Assembly (NCBI GenBank): GCA_038246995.1
Contig: JBBRVH010000001.1
Span: 4,466 to 68,465, forward strand
Origin: Sphingomonadales bacterium
Lineage (GTDB): Bacteria; Pseudomonadota; Alphaproteobacteria; Sphingomonadales; Sphingomonadaceae
Reading direction: 5' to 3'
Length of the DNA: 64,000 nt
In this document: positions 43,573 to 53,285 of the stretch, piece after piece
How positions within the stretch are numbered: the stretch's first letter is position 1
How the letters are laid out: each line of letters opens with the position of its first letter
The notes under the pieces: generated by a model
The model's database searches: none
Seen by the model: only the letters and a program-made list of their open reading frames with translations
Told to the model about the DNA's origin: nothing
Program-made: the position numbers and the translations under genes

Positions 43573-44448
43573 ATGGCCTCCACCCCTCACCGCCTCGCCT
43601 TTCCGGCGATCGTGCTCGGCAGCGTCATGCTCGCCTTCGGGCCGTGGCTGGTGCGGCTGGCCGATGTCGCACCGGTGGCGTCGGCGTTCTGGCGGCTCGG
43701 GCTGGCGGTGCTGCCATTGGCGCTGCTGGCGCGCTTCACCGGCGCGCCGCTGGCCGCCGGCACCATCAACCCGCGCCTGCTGGCGCTGGCGGCGCTGGCC
43801 GGCGTGTGCTTCGCCGCCGATGTCGCGCTCTGGCACTATGGCATCGTGCGCACCACGCTGGCCAATGCGTCGCTGCTGTCGAACGCCGCCAGCTTCCTGC
43901 TGCCGCTGTGGGGCTTTGTCGTGCTGGGGCAAAAGCCTGGCCGCAAGGCGCTGCTCGCCATCGGCTTTGCGCTTGGCGGCACGCTGCTGCTCGTCGGGCA
44001 AAGCGCCGAACTGTCGCCGCGCCATCTCGCCGGGGATCTGCTCTGCCTGGGGGCAGCGCTGTTCTACACCGGCTATCTGATCGTTATCGACGGCCTGCGC
44101 GGCCGCGTGCCGGTGTTCCCGCTGCTGGCGCTGTCGACCGGCTTCGGCGCCGTCTCGCTGCTGCCCGCCGCGCTGCTCGTCGATGGCGCCTTCTGGCCGC
44201 ACGACTGGACGCCGCTGGTGGCACTCGCACTCGGCAGCCAGGTCCTCGGCCAGGGGCTGGTGGTCTTCGCCGTCGGCCATTTGCGCCCCCTCGTCATCGG
44301 GCTGGCCCTGCTGGTGCAACCTGCGGTCGCCGCGATCATCGGCGCGTTGCGCTTCGGCGAAGTGCCCGGCGTGCCGGAAATCGCCGGCGCGGCGTTGGTG
44401 GTGGTGGCGCTGATCCTCGTGCGGCTGCCCGACCGCTCGCAAGGCTGA
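43573..44448 (+). CDS. DMT-superfamily (EamA-like) transporter
   Basis: 291 aa, about 10 TM helices, two EamA-like halves. Confidence 0.8.
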   Translation: MASTPHRLAFPAIVLGSVMLAFGPWLVRLADVAPVASAFWRLGLAVLPLALLARFTGAPLAAGTINPRLLALAALAGVCFAADVALWHYGIVRTTLANASLLSNAASFLLPLWGFVVLGQKPGRKALLAIGFALGGTLLLVGQSAELSPRHLAGDLLCLGAALFYTGYLIVIDGLRGRVPVFPLLALSTGFGAVSLLPAALLVDGAFWPHDWTPLVALALGSQVLGQGLVVFAVGHLRPLVIGLALLVQPAVAAIIGALRFGEVPGVPEIAGAALVVVALILVRLPDRSQG

Positions 44449-44451
44449 CGA

Positions 44452-47046
44452 TCAGGCCGTTTTCACCGGCGCCTTTTTCTTGGGCGCCGGCTTTTTTGCG
44501 GCAGGCTTCTTGGCAACAGGCTTTTTCGCCGCCGCCTTCTTCACCGGCTTCTTGCCCGGCTTGGGCGGCATCGCGGCGCGCACGTCGATCAACGCCGCCG
44601 CATCTTCCAGCGCGATGGTCATCCCGTCTTCGGTCTTTGGCACCGTCGCGTTGGTGCTGCCATCGGTGATGTACTGGCCGAAGCGGCCGGCCATCAGCTT
44701 CATTTCGGCGCCGCTGACCGGGTGCGGGCCGATGATGCGCAGCGGCGCCATGGTGCCGCGAGCGCGCGGCCCGGCGGCGGCGGCTTCGGCGAGCTTGACC
44801 ACCGCAGCGTTCATGCCGGTTTCGAAGACTTCGGCGGTCGAGGTCAGCCGGGCATATTTGCCACTGTGCGCCAGATAGGGGCCGTAGCGACCGATGCTGG
44901 CGGTGATCGGTTCACCGCTTTCCGGGTGAGGGCCGATGGTGCGCGGCAGGGCAAGCAACCGCAGCGCCAGCGCCAGATCATCGGGCCCGGTGACCGGCGC
45001 ATCCTTGGGAATCGACGCGCGCGGCGGTTTTTCGCCTTCCCCCAATTGTACATAGGCGCCGAAACGCCCTGAACGCAGCGACACCGGCTCGCCCGATACC
45101 GGATCGGTGCCGAGCAGCATCGGACCTGTCGATTCCTGCCCGGCATTGTCCCCGGCGAACTGCCGCGTGTAGCGGCATTCGGGATAGTTGGAGCAGGCGA
45201 CGAACGCCCCGAACTTGCCGGTTTTCAGGCTCAATCGGCCATTGCCGCAGGTCGGGCATAGCCGCGGGTCGCCACCATCGGCGCGCGGCGGGAACAGCGT
45301 CGGCGCCAGATATTCATCGAGCGCAACCGTGACATCCGACGGTTTCAGCTCCAGAATTTCCTTGGTCTTCGGCGAAAAATCGTCCCAGAAATCGCGCAGG
45401 ACCTTCAGATATTCCAGGTCCCCCGCCGAAACGGTATCGAGCCGGGTTTCGAGATCGGCGGTGAAATCATAGCCGACATATTTCTCGAAAAAGCGTTCCA
45501 GAAACGCCGTCACCAGCCGGCCCTTTTCCTCGGCCCAGAAACGGTTCTTTTCCACCCGCACATAGGCACGGTCGCGCAGCGTCTGCAAAATCGCGGCATA
45601 GGTCGATGGCCGGCCGATGCCGAGCTCTTCCAGCCGCTTGACCAGCGAGGCTTCGGAAAAACGCGGCGGCGCTTCGGTGAAATGCTGCTTGGCCTCGACC
45701 GATTTCACCGGGCAATTTTCGCCCTGTTTCAGGCGCGGCAGGCGGCGGCCTTCATCATCGTCGCTGTCCGACGCAATGTCCTCGCTGGTTTCGGTATAGA
45801 CCGCCAGAAACCCCGGCGACAGGATGACCTGGCCGGTGGCGCGCAGGCCCGTTTGCAGCGTCGCGTCGAGCAGATCGATGCTGGTCCGCTCCATCCGCGC
45901 GCTCGCCATCTGGCTGGCAACGGTACGCTTCCAGACCAAGGCGTACAGCTTGTCGGCATCGTTCATCGGCGTGCGCGCCGGCCGGGCCATCAGGTCGGTC
46001 GGGCGGATCGCTTCATGCGCTTCCTGGGCGTTCTTGGCCTTGGTGGCGTAATGGCGCGGCTTTTCGGGCAGCACATCGGGGCCACGGCCGAAATCCTGGC
46101 CGATGACATCGCGCACCGCAGCAATCGCTTCGCTGCCGATCTGCACGCCGTCGGTCCGCATATAGGTGATGCGGCCGTCCTCATACAGGCCCTGGGCGAT
46201 GCGCATCGTGTGGCTGGCGGTAAAGCCCAGCTTGCGCGCCGCTTCCTGCTGGATCGTCGAGGTCGTGAACGGCGGATACGGATTGCGCGTCGCCGGCTTG
46301 GTTTCGACGGCATGGACGCTGAACACCCCCATCTCGGCAGCGCGGCGGGCCGCTTCGGCCTCCTTGGCGTTGGTGATGTCGAAACGATCGAGCTTCTTGC
46401 CGCGCCAGAAGCTGAGCCGCGCCGGAAAGGCCTGGCCGGCAGACGACGCCATGCCCGCCTCTACCGTCCAGTATTCGCGGGCGATATGCGCTTCGATCTC
46501 GCGCTCGCGCTCGACCACCAGCCGCAGCGCCACCGATTGCACGCGGCCGGCGCTCTTGGCGCCCGGCAGCTTGCGCCACAGCACCGGCGACAGCGTGAAA
46601 CCGACAAGATAATCGAGTGCGCGGCGCGCCAGATAGGCATCGACCAGATCCTGGTCGATCTCGCGCGGCCGCTTCATCGCCGCCAGAATCGTCGTCTTGG
46701 TAATCTCGTTGAAGGTGACGCGCTGCACACCGCCCTTGGGCAGCGCCTTTTTGGCCTTGAGCCATTCGTACAGGTGCCACGAGATCGCCTCCCCCTCGCG
46801 ATCGGGATCGGTGGCGAGAATCACGCTGTCGGCGCGCTTGGCGGCGTCCGAAATGGCCTTCAATTGCTTGGCGCGATCAGCCGAAACTTCCCACAACATC
46901 GCGAAGTCATGGTCGGGATCGACCGAACCATCCTTGGGCGGCAAGTCACGGATATGGCCGAAACTGGCCAGAACTTCATAGTTCGACCCCAGATATTTGT
47001 TGATCGTCTTTGCCTTGGCAGGCGATTCCACGATCACGAGGTCCAT
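44452..47046 (-). CDS. topA: DNA topoisomerase I
   Basis: Toprim start MDLVIVESPAKAKTINKYLG, catalytic-Tyr region RITYMRTDG, Zn-ribbon CPTCGNG...C..YPEC, Lys-rich tail. Confidence 0.95.
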   Translation of the reverse strand: MDLVIVESPAKAKTINKYLGSNYEVLASFGHIRDLPPKDGSVDPDHDFAMLWEVSADRAKQLKAISDAAKRADSVILATDPDREGEAISWHLYEWLKAKKALPKGGVQRVTFNEITKTTILAAMKRPREIDQDLVDAYLARRALDYLVGFTLSPVLWRKLPGAKSAGRVQSVALRLVVEREREIEAHIAREYWTVEAGMASSAGQAFPARLSFWRGKKLDRFDITNAKEAEAARRAAEMGVFSVHAVETKPATRNPYPPFTTSTIQQEAARKLGFTASHTMRIAQGLYEDGRITYMRTDGVQIGSEAIAAVRDVIGQDFGRGPDVLPEKPRHYATKAKNAQEAHEAIRPTDLMARPARTPMNDADKLYALVWKRTVASQMASARMERTSIDLLDATLQTGLRATGQVILSPGFLAVYTETSEDIASDSDDDEGRRLPRLKQGENCPVKSVEAKQHFTEAPPRFSEASLVKRLEELGIGRPSTYAAILQTLRDRAYVRVEKNRFWAEEKGRLVTAFLERFFEKYVGYDFTADLETRLDTVSAGDLEYLKVLRDFWDDFSPKTKEILELKPSDVTVALDEYLAPTLFPPRADGGDPRLCPTCGNGRLSLKTGKFGAFVACSNYPECRYTRQFAGDNAGQESTGPMLLGTDPVSGEPVSLRSGRFGAYVQLGEGEKPPRASIPKDAPVTGPDDLALALRLLALPRTIGPHPESGEPITASIGRYGPYLAHSGKYARLTSTAEVFETGMNAAVVKLAEAAAAGPRARGTMAPLRIIGPHPVSGAEMKLMAGRFGQYITDGSTNATVPKTEDGMTIALEDAAALIDVRAAMPPKPGKKPVKKAAAKKPVAKKPAAKKPAPKKKAPVKTA

Positions 47047-47126
47047 TTGGGTCCTGACTCGAAAACAGCAAGATGGCAGCGGCGCGGCCCCTACGCTCTA
47101 TTGGGGGCATGGCGCAAGGGGCAGTG

Positions 47127-48239
47127 TCAACCCGCCGCCACACGTCCACCGGCGTGACGTACCAGCGCGCCCGCCAGTTCCAGGTCGAGCAGCACCGTCG
47201 CCACCACCGGCGCCGGCAGGCCCGACAGGCGCACCAGTTCATCGATGGCGACGGGGGTGGGGGACAGCAGCGCTGCCACCGACGCGCGCTCGTTATCACC
47301 GGCATCCTGTGCGGGTTCATCATACCAGGTCGCCGATTCGGCTGCCTTGAAACGCATGCCGAGCGGCGACCCCCCGTTGCTGCTGTGCCCGAAGGCCGAC
47401 AGCGCCTCGACCACGTCCGCCGCCGATTGCACCAGCGTCGCGCCTTCACGGATCAGCAGGTTGCAGCCCTGGGCGCGCGGATCGAGCGGCGACCCGGGAA
47501 TTGCCATGACCTCGCGCCCCGCCTCCGCCGCGATGCGGGCGGTGATCAGTGACCCCGATTTCGGCGCGCCTTCGACCACCAGGGTCCCCGCCGCCAGCCC
47601 GGCGATGACTCGATTGCGGCGCGGAAAATGCCGCGCCTGCGGCTCCACACCGGGCTTTTGTTCGGCCAGGATCAGGCCTTTTTCAGCGATTTCGGCGGTC
47701 AGCGCGGCATTTTCGGGCGGGTAGACGACATCGACCCCGCCCGCCACCACCGCGATTGTGCCGCCGGCCATCGCCCCCTGGTGCGCCGCTGCATCGATGC
47801 CGCGCGCCAGCCCCGAGACGACAACAAGGTCTTCCGCCGCCAGATCGGCCGCCAGCGTCCGGGCAAAGCGCACGCCGGCGGCGCTGGCATTGCGCGCCCC
47901 GACGATCGCGACCGCCGGCCGGTCGAGCAGGCCCAGATCGCCGCGCGCGGCGAGCACCGGCGGCGCGGTATCGAGCGCCGCCAGCAACGCCGGATAGGCC
48001 GACGTGCCGATAAAGATCATCGTTGCCCCGATGGCATCGAGCGCCGCCAGTTCGGCCTCGGCTTCGGCCAGCGGGGTGATTGCCAGCCCACGCCCGCCAC
48101 GCCGCGCCAGATCGGGCAACGCTGCCAGCGCCGCCTCGGCCGTGCCGAAACGCGCCAGCAATTGCCGATAGGTGATCGGCCCGATCGAATCGGTGCGAAT
48201 CAGCCGCAGCCGCGCCACCGCATCGGCGGGCAGCGTCAC
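47127..48239 (-). CDS. dprA: DNA-processing protein DprA
   Basis: VAIVGARNASAAG...VVSGLARGIDAAAHQGA...FPRRNRVIAGL. Start set to GTG 48239, overlapping the plsY stop (GTGA). Confidence 0.85.
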   Translation of the reverse strand: MTLPADAVARLRLIRTDSIGPITYRQLLARFGTAEAALAALPDLARRGGRGLAITPLAEAEAELAALDAIGATMIFIGTSAYPALLAALDTAPPVLAARGDLGLLDRPAVAIVGARNASAAGVRFARTLAADLAAEDLVVVSGLARGIDAAAHQGAMAGGTIAVVAGGVDVVYPPENAALTAEIAEKGLILAEQKPGVEPQARHFPRRNRVIAGLAAGTLVVEGAPKSGSLITARIAAEAGREVMAIPGSPLDPRAQGCNLLIREGATLVQSAADVVEALSAFGHSSNGGSPLGMRFKAAESATWYDEPAQDAGDNERASVAALLSPTPVAIDELVRLSGLPAPVVATVLLDLELAGALVRHAGGRVAAG

Positions 48240-48820
48240 TTGGCGCCGATCCGGCTTTCGGTGCCGGCGCGCAGCCGGGCGATATTGTCCCGGTGCTTCC
48301 AGATCAGGATGACGGCAAGCCCGGCAAGCGCGATGGCACTGTGTGGCGACCCCAGCGCCACGGCCGCGACCGGTGCCGCCACCGCCGCCGCCATGCCGCC
48401 GACCGAGGAATGCCGGGTGATCAGCGCGCCGGCCAGCCAGGTGACCAGCGCCGCCACGCCCGCCAGCGGCACCGCCGCCAGCGCGACACCGAGCAAGGTT
48501 GCCACGCCTTTTCCGCCCCGAAATTTGAGCCAGACCGGGTAGCAATGGCCGATGAACGCCGCCACACCCGCCAGCATCCCCGCCTCCAGCCCGCCATAAT
48601 GGCGCGCGAGCAGCACCGCCGCCGCACCCTTGCCGGCATCGAGCAGCAGAGTCGCCGCCGCCAGCCCCTTGTTGCCGGTGCGCAGCACATTGGTGGTGCC
48701 GATATTACCCGATCCGACGCTGCGGATATCGATGCCGATGGCGCGCGTCAGCAACAGCCCGAACGGTATGCTGCCGAGCAGATAGCCGATACCGATCCAG
48801 AGCAATGATGTGGTCCCCAT
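48236..48820 (-). CDS. plsY: glycerol-3-phosphate acyltransferase PlsY
   Basis: YLLGSIPFGLLL...GSGNIGTTNVLRTG...FRGGKGVAT. Start moved to ATG 48820. Confidence 0.9.
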   Translation of the reverse strand: MGTTSLLWIGIGYLLGSIPFGLLLTRAIGIDIRSVGSGNIGTTNVLRTGNKGLAAATLLLDAGKGAAAVLLARHYGGLEAGMLAGVAAFIGHCYPVWLKFRGGKGVATLLGVALAAVPLAGVAALVTWLAGALITRHSSVGGMAAAVAAPVAAVALGSPHSAIALAGLAVILIWKHRDNIARLRAGTESRIGAK

Positions 48821-48898
48821 GACCGGACGGTAGCCGCAGCCGGGCCGGTTTGAAAGCCCGACCGGGTTCGTTATGGTGGCGTCCAAAGGGGTGTCACG

Positions 48899-50497
48899 AT
48901 GCAATATTGGCAGCGAATCCTGACCGGGCTGGCGCTGGCACTCCTGGGGTCGCCTGTGCTGGCCGCGGGCATGTTGCCGACCCCGGCGCGGGCGGCGGGA
49001 GAGGCCGATGGCCCCTATCCCCTGCTCGTCATCCGCGGCGCCACCATCATCGCCGGCAATGGCGGCCCGCCCTATGGCCCCGCCGACATCATCGTCAAGG
49101 GCGGCCGCATCGCGGAAATCCGCTCCGCCGGCACGCCGGGCCTGCCGCTGCGCGCGAACCGTGAACCGCAGGGGGCGGCTCGCGAAATCGACGCCACCGG
49201 CATGTACGTCATGCCCGGCTTTGTCGACATGCACGGCCATAATGGCGCTGCGGACAAGGCCAACGACCCGAGCTATGCCTATCGCCTATGGCTGGCACAT
49301 GGCGTCACCACGGTACGCGGCGTGTCGTTCTTCGGTGGTGACACCGCCCATGCCCTCGATGACAAGCGCCGCAGCGCCGCCGGCGAGATCACGGCGCCGC
49401 GGCTTTTCGTCTATCAGACGCTCGGCTCGGGCTGGACCGGCGGGCGCGTGCAGACGCCCGAAAAGGCCCGCGAATGGGTGCGCTGGGCCGCAAAGGCCGG
49501 CATCGACGGCATCAAGTTCTTCAACAAGGACGACGAAACGCCCGAAATCGACCGCGCCGCCATCGACGAGGCGAAAAAGCTCGGCCTCGGCACCGTCGCG
49601 CATCTGTCGCAACCCAATGTCGCCGAATTCAACGCCCGCGATGCCGCTGCGGCCGGGCTCGGCACCGTCACGCATTTCTATGGCCATTTCGAAGCGCTGC
49701 TGAAGGACCGCCGCACCCAGGACACGCCGGCAGAGTATAATTACAACGACGAACAACTGCGTTTCGGCGGCATCGCCGACATCTGGAACCAGATTCACGA
49801 ACCCGGCGGGCCGGAATGGGTCGATTATCTCAAGGCCCAAAAGGCGGCCGGCGTCACCTTCGATCCGACCTTCAACATCTACAGCGCCAGCCGCGACCTG
49901 ATGCGGGCAAAAAACGCCGATTGGCACGCCCAATACGCGCTGCCGTCGATGACGCGCTTTTATGAATCGAACCGCGACAACCATGGCAGCTATTTTTACG
50001 ACTGGACGACGGCGCGCGAGGTCAGCTGGCGCAATTTCTATGGTCGCTACATGCGGTTGATCAATGATTACAAGAATATGGGCGGTCGCGTCACGACCGG
50101 CAGTGACCCCGGCTTCATCTACCAGCTCTGGGGCTTCGGCTATGTCCTCGAGCTCGAAATGCTCCAGGAAGCCGGCTTTTCACCGCTCGAAGTCATCCAG
50201 TCGGCGACAATCAACGGCGCGCGCACGCTCAATGACCCCGAGGGCCAGGAACCGCAATTCGGCCTCGTCCGCGCCGGCATGATCGCCGATCTCGTCATCG
50301 TGCCGGAAAACCCGCTGGCCAATTTCAAGACGCTCTATGGCACCGGTTTTGCGAGGCTCAATCCTGCCACCAACAAATCAGAAACCGTCGGCGGCGTGCG
50401 CTGGACGATCAAGGACGGCATGGTCTTCGATGCCCCGGCGCTCCTCAGATCGGTGGCGGACCAGGTGGCGCGCGAAAAGGCGGCATCGCGCCCCTGA
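48899..50497 (+). CDS. secreted amidohydrolase-family protein
   Basis: Signal peptide LALALLGSPVLAAG. Metal-binding PGFVDMHGH. Confidence 0.8.
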   Translation: MQYWQRILTGLALALLGSPVLAAGMLPTPARAAGEADGPYPLLVIRGATIIAGNGGPPYGPADIIVKGGRIAEIRSAGTPGLPLRANREPQGAAREIDATGMYVMPGFVDMHGHNGAADKANDPSYAYRLWLAHGVTTVRGVSFFGGDTAHALDDKRRSAAGEITAPRLFVYQTLGSGWTGGRVQTPEKAREWVRWAAKAGIDGIKFFNKDDETPEIDRAAIDEAKKLGLGTVAHLSQPNVAEFNARDAAAAGLGTVTHFYGHFEALLKDRRTQDTPAEYNYNDEQLRFGGIADIWNQIHEPGGPEWVDYLKAQKAAGVTFDPTFNIYSASRDLMRAKNADWHAQYALPSMTRFYESNRDNHGSYFYDWTTAREVSWRNFYGRYMRLINDYKNMGGRVTTGSDPGFIYQLWGFGYVLELEMLQEAGFSPLEVIQSATINGARTLNDPEGQEPQFGLVRAGMIADLVIVPENPLANFKTLYGTGFARLNPATNKSETVGGVRWTIKDGMVFDAPALLRSVADQVAREKAASRP

Positions 50498-50712
50498 TCG
50501 TGACCAGGCTGGCATTTGGCCGGACAAGAGATCAGCGCTCGCTACTTTCCTGCGCGTGACAGTCGCGGTTCCTTGACCCGTCACCCGCGCGCCAGCCGCT
50601 ACAACGGTCCGACCACCAGGAGCACAAGCACGCATCGGCAGCCGCAAAGCCCGCCTGTGCGCAAGCGCCGCGCACGGTTGCCCCGCTGCCATGGCCTGCG
50701 TAAACCAACGGT

Positions 50713-52365
50713 ATGACCACCACGCTCAGTATCGCCCTTGCCCAGTTGAATGCCGTTGTCGGCGGCCTCGATGCCAATGCCGATGCGATTCTGGCGGCGC
50801 GCGCCGCCGTGCCGGGGGCCGATCTGCTGGTCACCCCCGAACTGTCGGTGATCGGCTATCCACCCGAAGACCTGGTGCTCAAGCCCGCGCTTGTTGCCGC
50901 CGGCATGGCACGCGTCCAACGGCTGGCCGCCGCCACCGCCGATGGCGGCCCGGCATTGCTCGTCGGCGCGCCGCTGGCAGAAAATGGCCGGCTGCACAAT
51001 GCCATGTTCCTGCTCGATGGCGGCCGCATCGCCGGGATCACGCGCAAGCACGACCTGCCCAATTATGGCACGTTCGATGAAAAGCGGGTGTTTTCGCCCG
51101 GCCCGCTGCCCGGCCCGCTGGCGTTTCGCGGCGCCCGGCTCGGGGTGCCGATCTGCGAGGATATCTGGACCCCCGATGTCACCGAATGTCTTGCCGAAAC
51201 CGGTGCCGACATCCTTGTCGTTCCCAACGGCTCGCCGTTCGAAACCGGCAAGGACGACCGGCGGTTGAGCCTGGCTGTCGCCCGCGTCACCGAAACCGGG
51301 TTGCCGATGATCTATCTCAACCGCGTCGGCGGCCAGGATGAACTGGTCTTCGATGGCGCGAGCTTTGTCCTCAATGCCGATCGCAAGCTGGCGCTGCAGC
51401 TGCCCGACTGGGACGAAGTCGTGCAGATGACGCACTGGACCCGCACCGGCGACCACTGGGCCTGTGCGCCCGGCGCCATCGCGCCGCGCGATGACGACCC
51501 GGCCGATATCTACCACGCCATGCTCGTCGCGCTGCGCGACTATGTGAACCGCAATGGCTTTCCCGGCGTCGTCCTCGGCCTGTCGGGCGGCATCGATTCG
51601 GCGCTGTCGGCGGCGGTCGCGGTCGATGCGCTGGGCGCCAACCGGGTGTGGTGCGTGATGATGCCATCGCCCTATACCAGCCAGGACAGCCTGGAGGATG
51701 CGGCCGAATGCGCGCGGCTGCTTGGTTGCCGGCTCGATACCGTCGGCATCGGCCCCGCCATGGACGCCTTTGGCACCATGCTGGCACCGCTGTTCACGGG
51801 CCGCACGCCCGATACGACCGAGGAAAATATCCAGTCGCGCATCCGCGGCCTGTCGCTGATGGCGATCAGCAACAAGTTCGGCCCGATGCTGCTGACCACC
51901 GGCAACAAGAGCGAGATGAGCGTCGGCTATGCCACCATCTATGGCGACATGGCCGGCGGCTATTCGGTGCTCAAGGACGTCTACAAGACCACCGTGTTCA
52001 AGCTGTGCGAATGGCGCAACCACCATCATCCGCGCCTGTCGATCGGCCCGAAAGGCCCGGTCATGCCGCAGCGAGTGATCGACAAGCCGCCGACCGCCGA
52101 ACTGCGCGACAACCAGAAGGACGCCGACAGCCTGCCGCCGTATGACCTGCTCGATCGCATCCTGATCGGCCTTGTCGAAAACGAGCGCGCTGCCGCCGAG
52201 CTGATCGCCGAAGGCATCGACCCGGCCATCGTCGCGCGCATCGAACGCCTGCTCTACATCGCCGAATACAAGCGCCGCCAGGCCCCGCCGGGGGTGAAGA
52301 TCGGCCATCGCAACTTCGGGCGTGACCGTCGTTACCCGATTTCCAACGCTTTCCGGACCGCGTGA
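50713..52365 (+). CDS. nadE: glutamine-dependent NAD+ synthetase
   Basis: N-terminal CN-hydrolase domain (ICEDIW) plus the synthetase P-loop GLSGGIDSA. Confidence 0.9.
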   Translation: MTTTLSIALAQLNAVVGGLDANADAILAARAAVPGADLLVTPELSVIGYPPEDLVLKPALVAAGMARVQRLAAATADGGPALLVGAPLAENGRLHNAMFLLDGGRIAGITRKHDLPNYGTFDEKRVFSPGPLPGPLAFRGARLGVPICEDIWTPDVTECLAETGADILVVPNGSPFETGKDDRRLSLAVARVTETGLPMIYLNRVGGQDELVFDGASFVLNADRKLALQLPDWDEVVQMTHWTRTGDHWACAPGAIAPRDDDPADIYHAMLVALRDYVNRNGFPGVVLGLSGGIDSALSAAVAVDALGANRVWCVMMPSPYTSQDSLEDAAECARLLGCRLDTVGIGPAMDAFGTMLAPLFTGRTPDTTEENIQSRIRGLSLMAISNKFGPMLLTTGNKSEMSVGYATIYGDMAGGYSVLKDVYKTTVFKLCEWRNHHHPRLSIGPKGPVMPQRVIDKPPTAELRDNQKDADSLPPYDLLDRILIGLVENERAAAELIAEGIDPAIVARIERLLYIAEYKRRQAPPGVKIGHRNFGRDRRYPISNAFRTA

Positions 52366-52551
52366 ACCGGATGCGACCGGCAGAGGCGGGCTTTCACGCT
52401 TTTGTGCTCGCTGCTGTCATTCCAGGCCCGTGTTGCGTTCGCGGGGCGGCAATGTCGGCGGTTCGTCGCCGACGCCGTTTTCTTTCGGGAGCCAACTAGG
52501 ATTCCGCACCCGACGCCGTTAGGGTTGAAGGCAAGGGAAGTCGAGGGCTGA

Positions 52552-53220
52552 ATGTCGCTGAAGCACGGGATCAAGAAGCTGCTGCGACCCCATGGCCGCG
52601 AGGCTTTTCTCGACACGCTTCCCAAGGGTGCCCATGTTCTCGATGTCGGGTGCGGCAGCAATTCACCCTATCTTGTCAAGATGCAGCGCCCGGATCTCCA
52701 TTATGTCGGGCTTGATGTCGGCGACTATAACCAGACGGTTGATCCGACCCGTTTTGCCGATGAATATATCCTGACGCCCCCCGAAAAATTTGCAGATGCC
52801 ATCGCGGCGCTCGGCTGCCGTTTCGATGCCGTGATTTCGTCGCACAACATCGAACATTGCGACGATCCGGACGGCGTTCTGAAAGCCATGAGCCGGGCGC
52901 TGCGCAAGAACGGCAAGCTTTACATGTCATGGCCATCGGAGCCATCGCTGCACTTTCCCAGCCGCAAGGGCTGTCTCAACTTCCACGATGACCCGACGCA
53001 CCAGCACATGCCCAGCTTCGACGCCGTGGTCGGAACGGTCGAAAGTGAAGGCGCCGTGGCGACCTTCAAGTCGCGCGCCTACAAACCGCCACTGCCCTGG
53101 CTTGTCGGCCTGCTGCTCGAGCCGATTTCAGCGGTGACGAAAAAGAAGGTCGCCTTCATGCAGGCGACCTGGGCATTCTATGGCTTTGAATCGGTCGTGT
53201 TCTTTTCGAGGAATGCCTAG
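52552..53220 (+). CDS. class I SAM-dependent methyltransferase
   Basis: Motif I VLDVGCGSN and post-I/II pattern AVISSHNIEHCDDP. GC lower than neighbours. Confidence 0.75.
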   Translation: MSLKHGIKKLLRPHGREAFLDTLPKGAHVLDVGCGSNSPYLVKMQRPDLHYVGLDVGDYNQTVDPTRFADEYILTPPEKFADAIAALGCRFDAVISSHNIEHCDDPDGVLKAMSRALRKNGKLYMSWPSEPSLHFPSRKGCLNFHDDPTHQHMPSFDAVVGTVESEGAVATFKSRAYKPPLPWLVGLLLEPISAVTKKKVAFMQATWAFYGFESVVFFSRNA

Positions 53221-53285
53221 GTCGGGCATGAAGGCAAAAAGCGCCGTCTGGCTCACTGTCGCGCCGCCCCGTTGAAGGATCTCTC

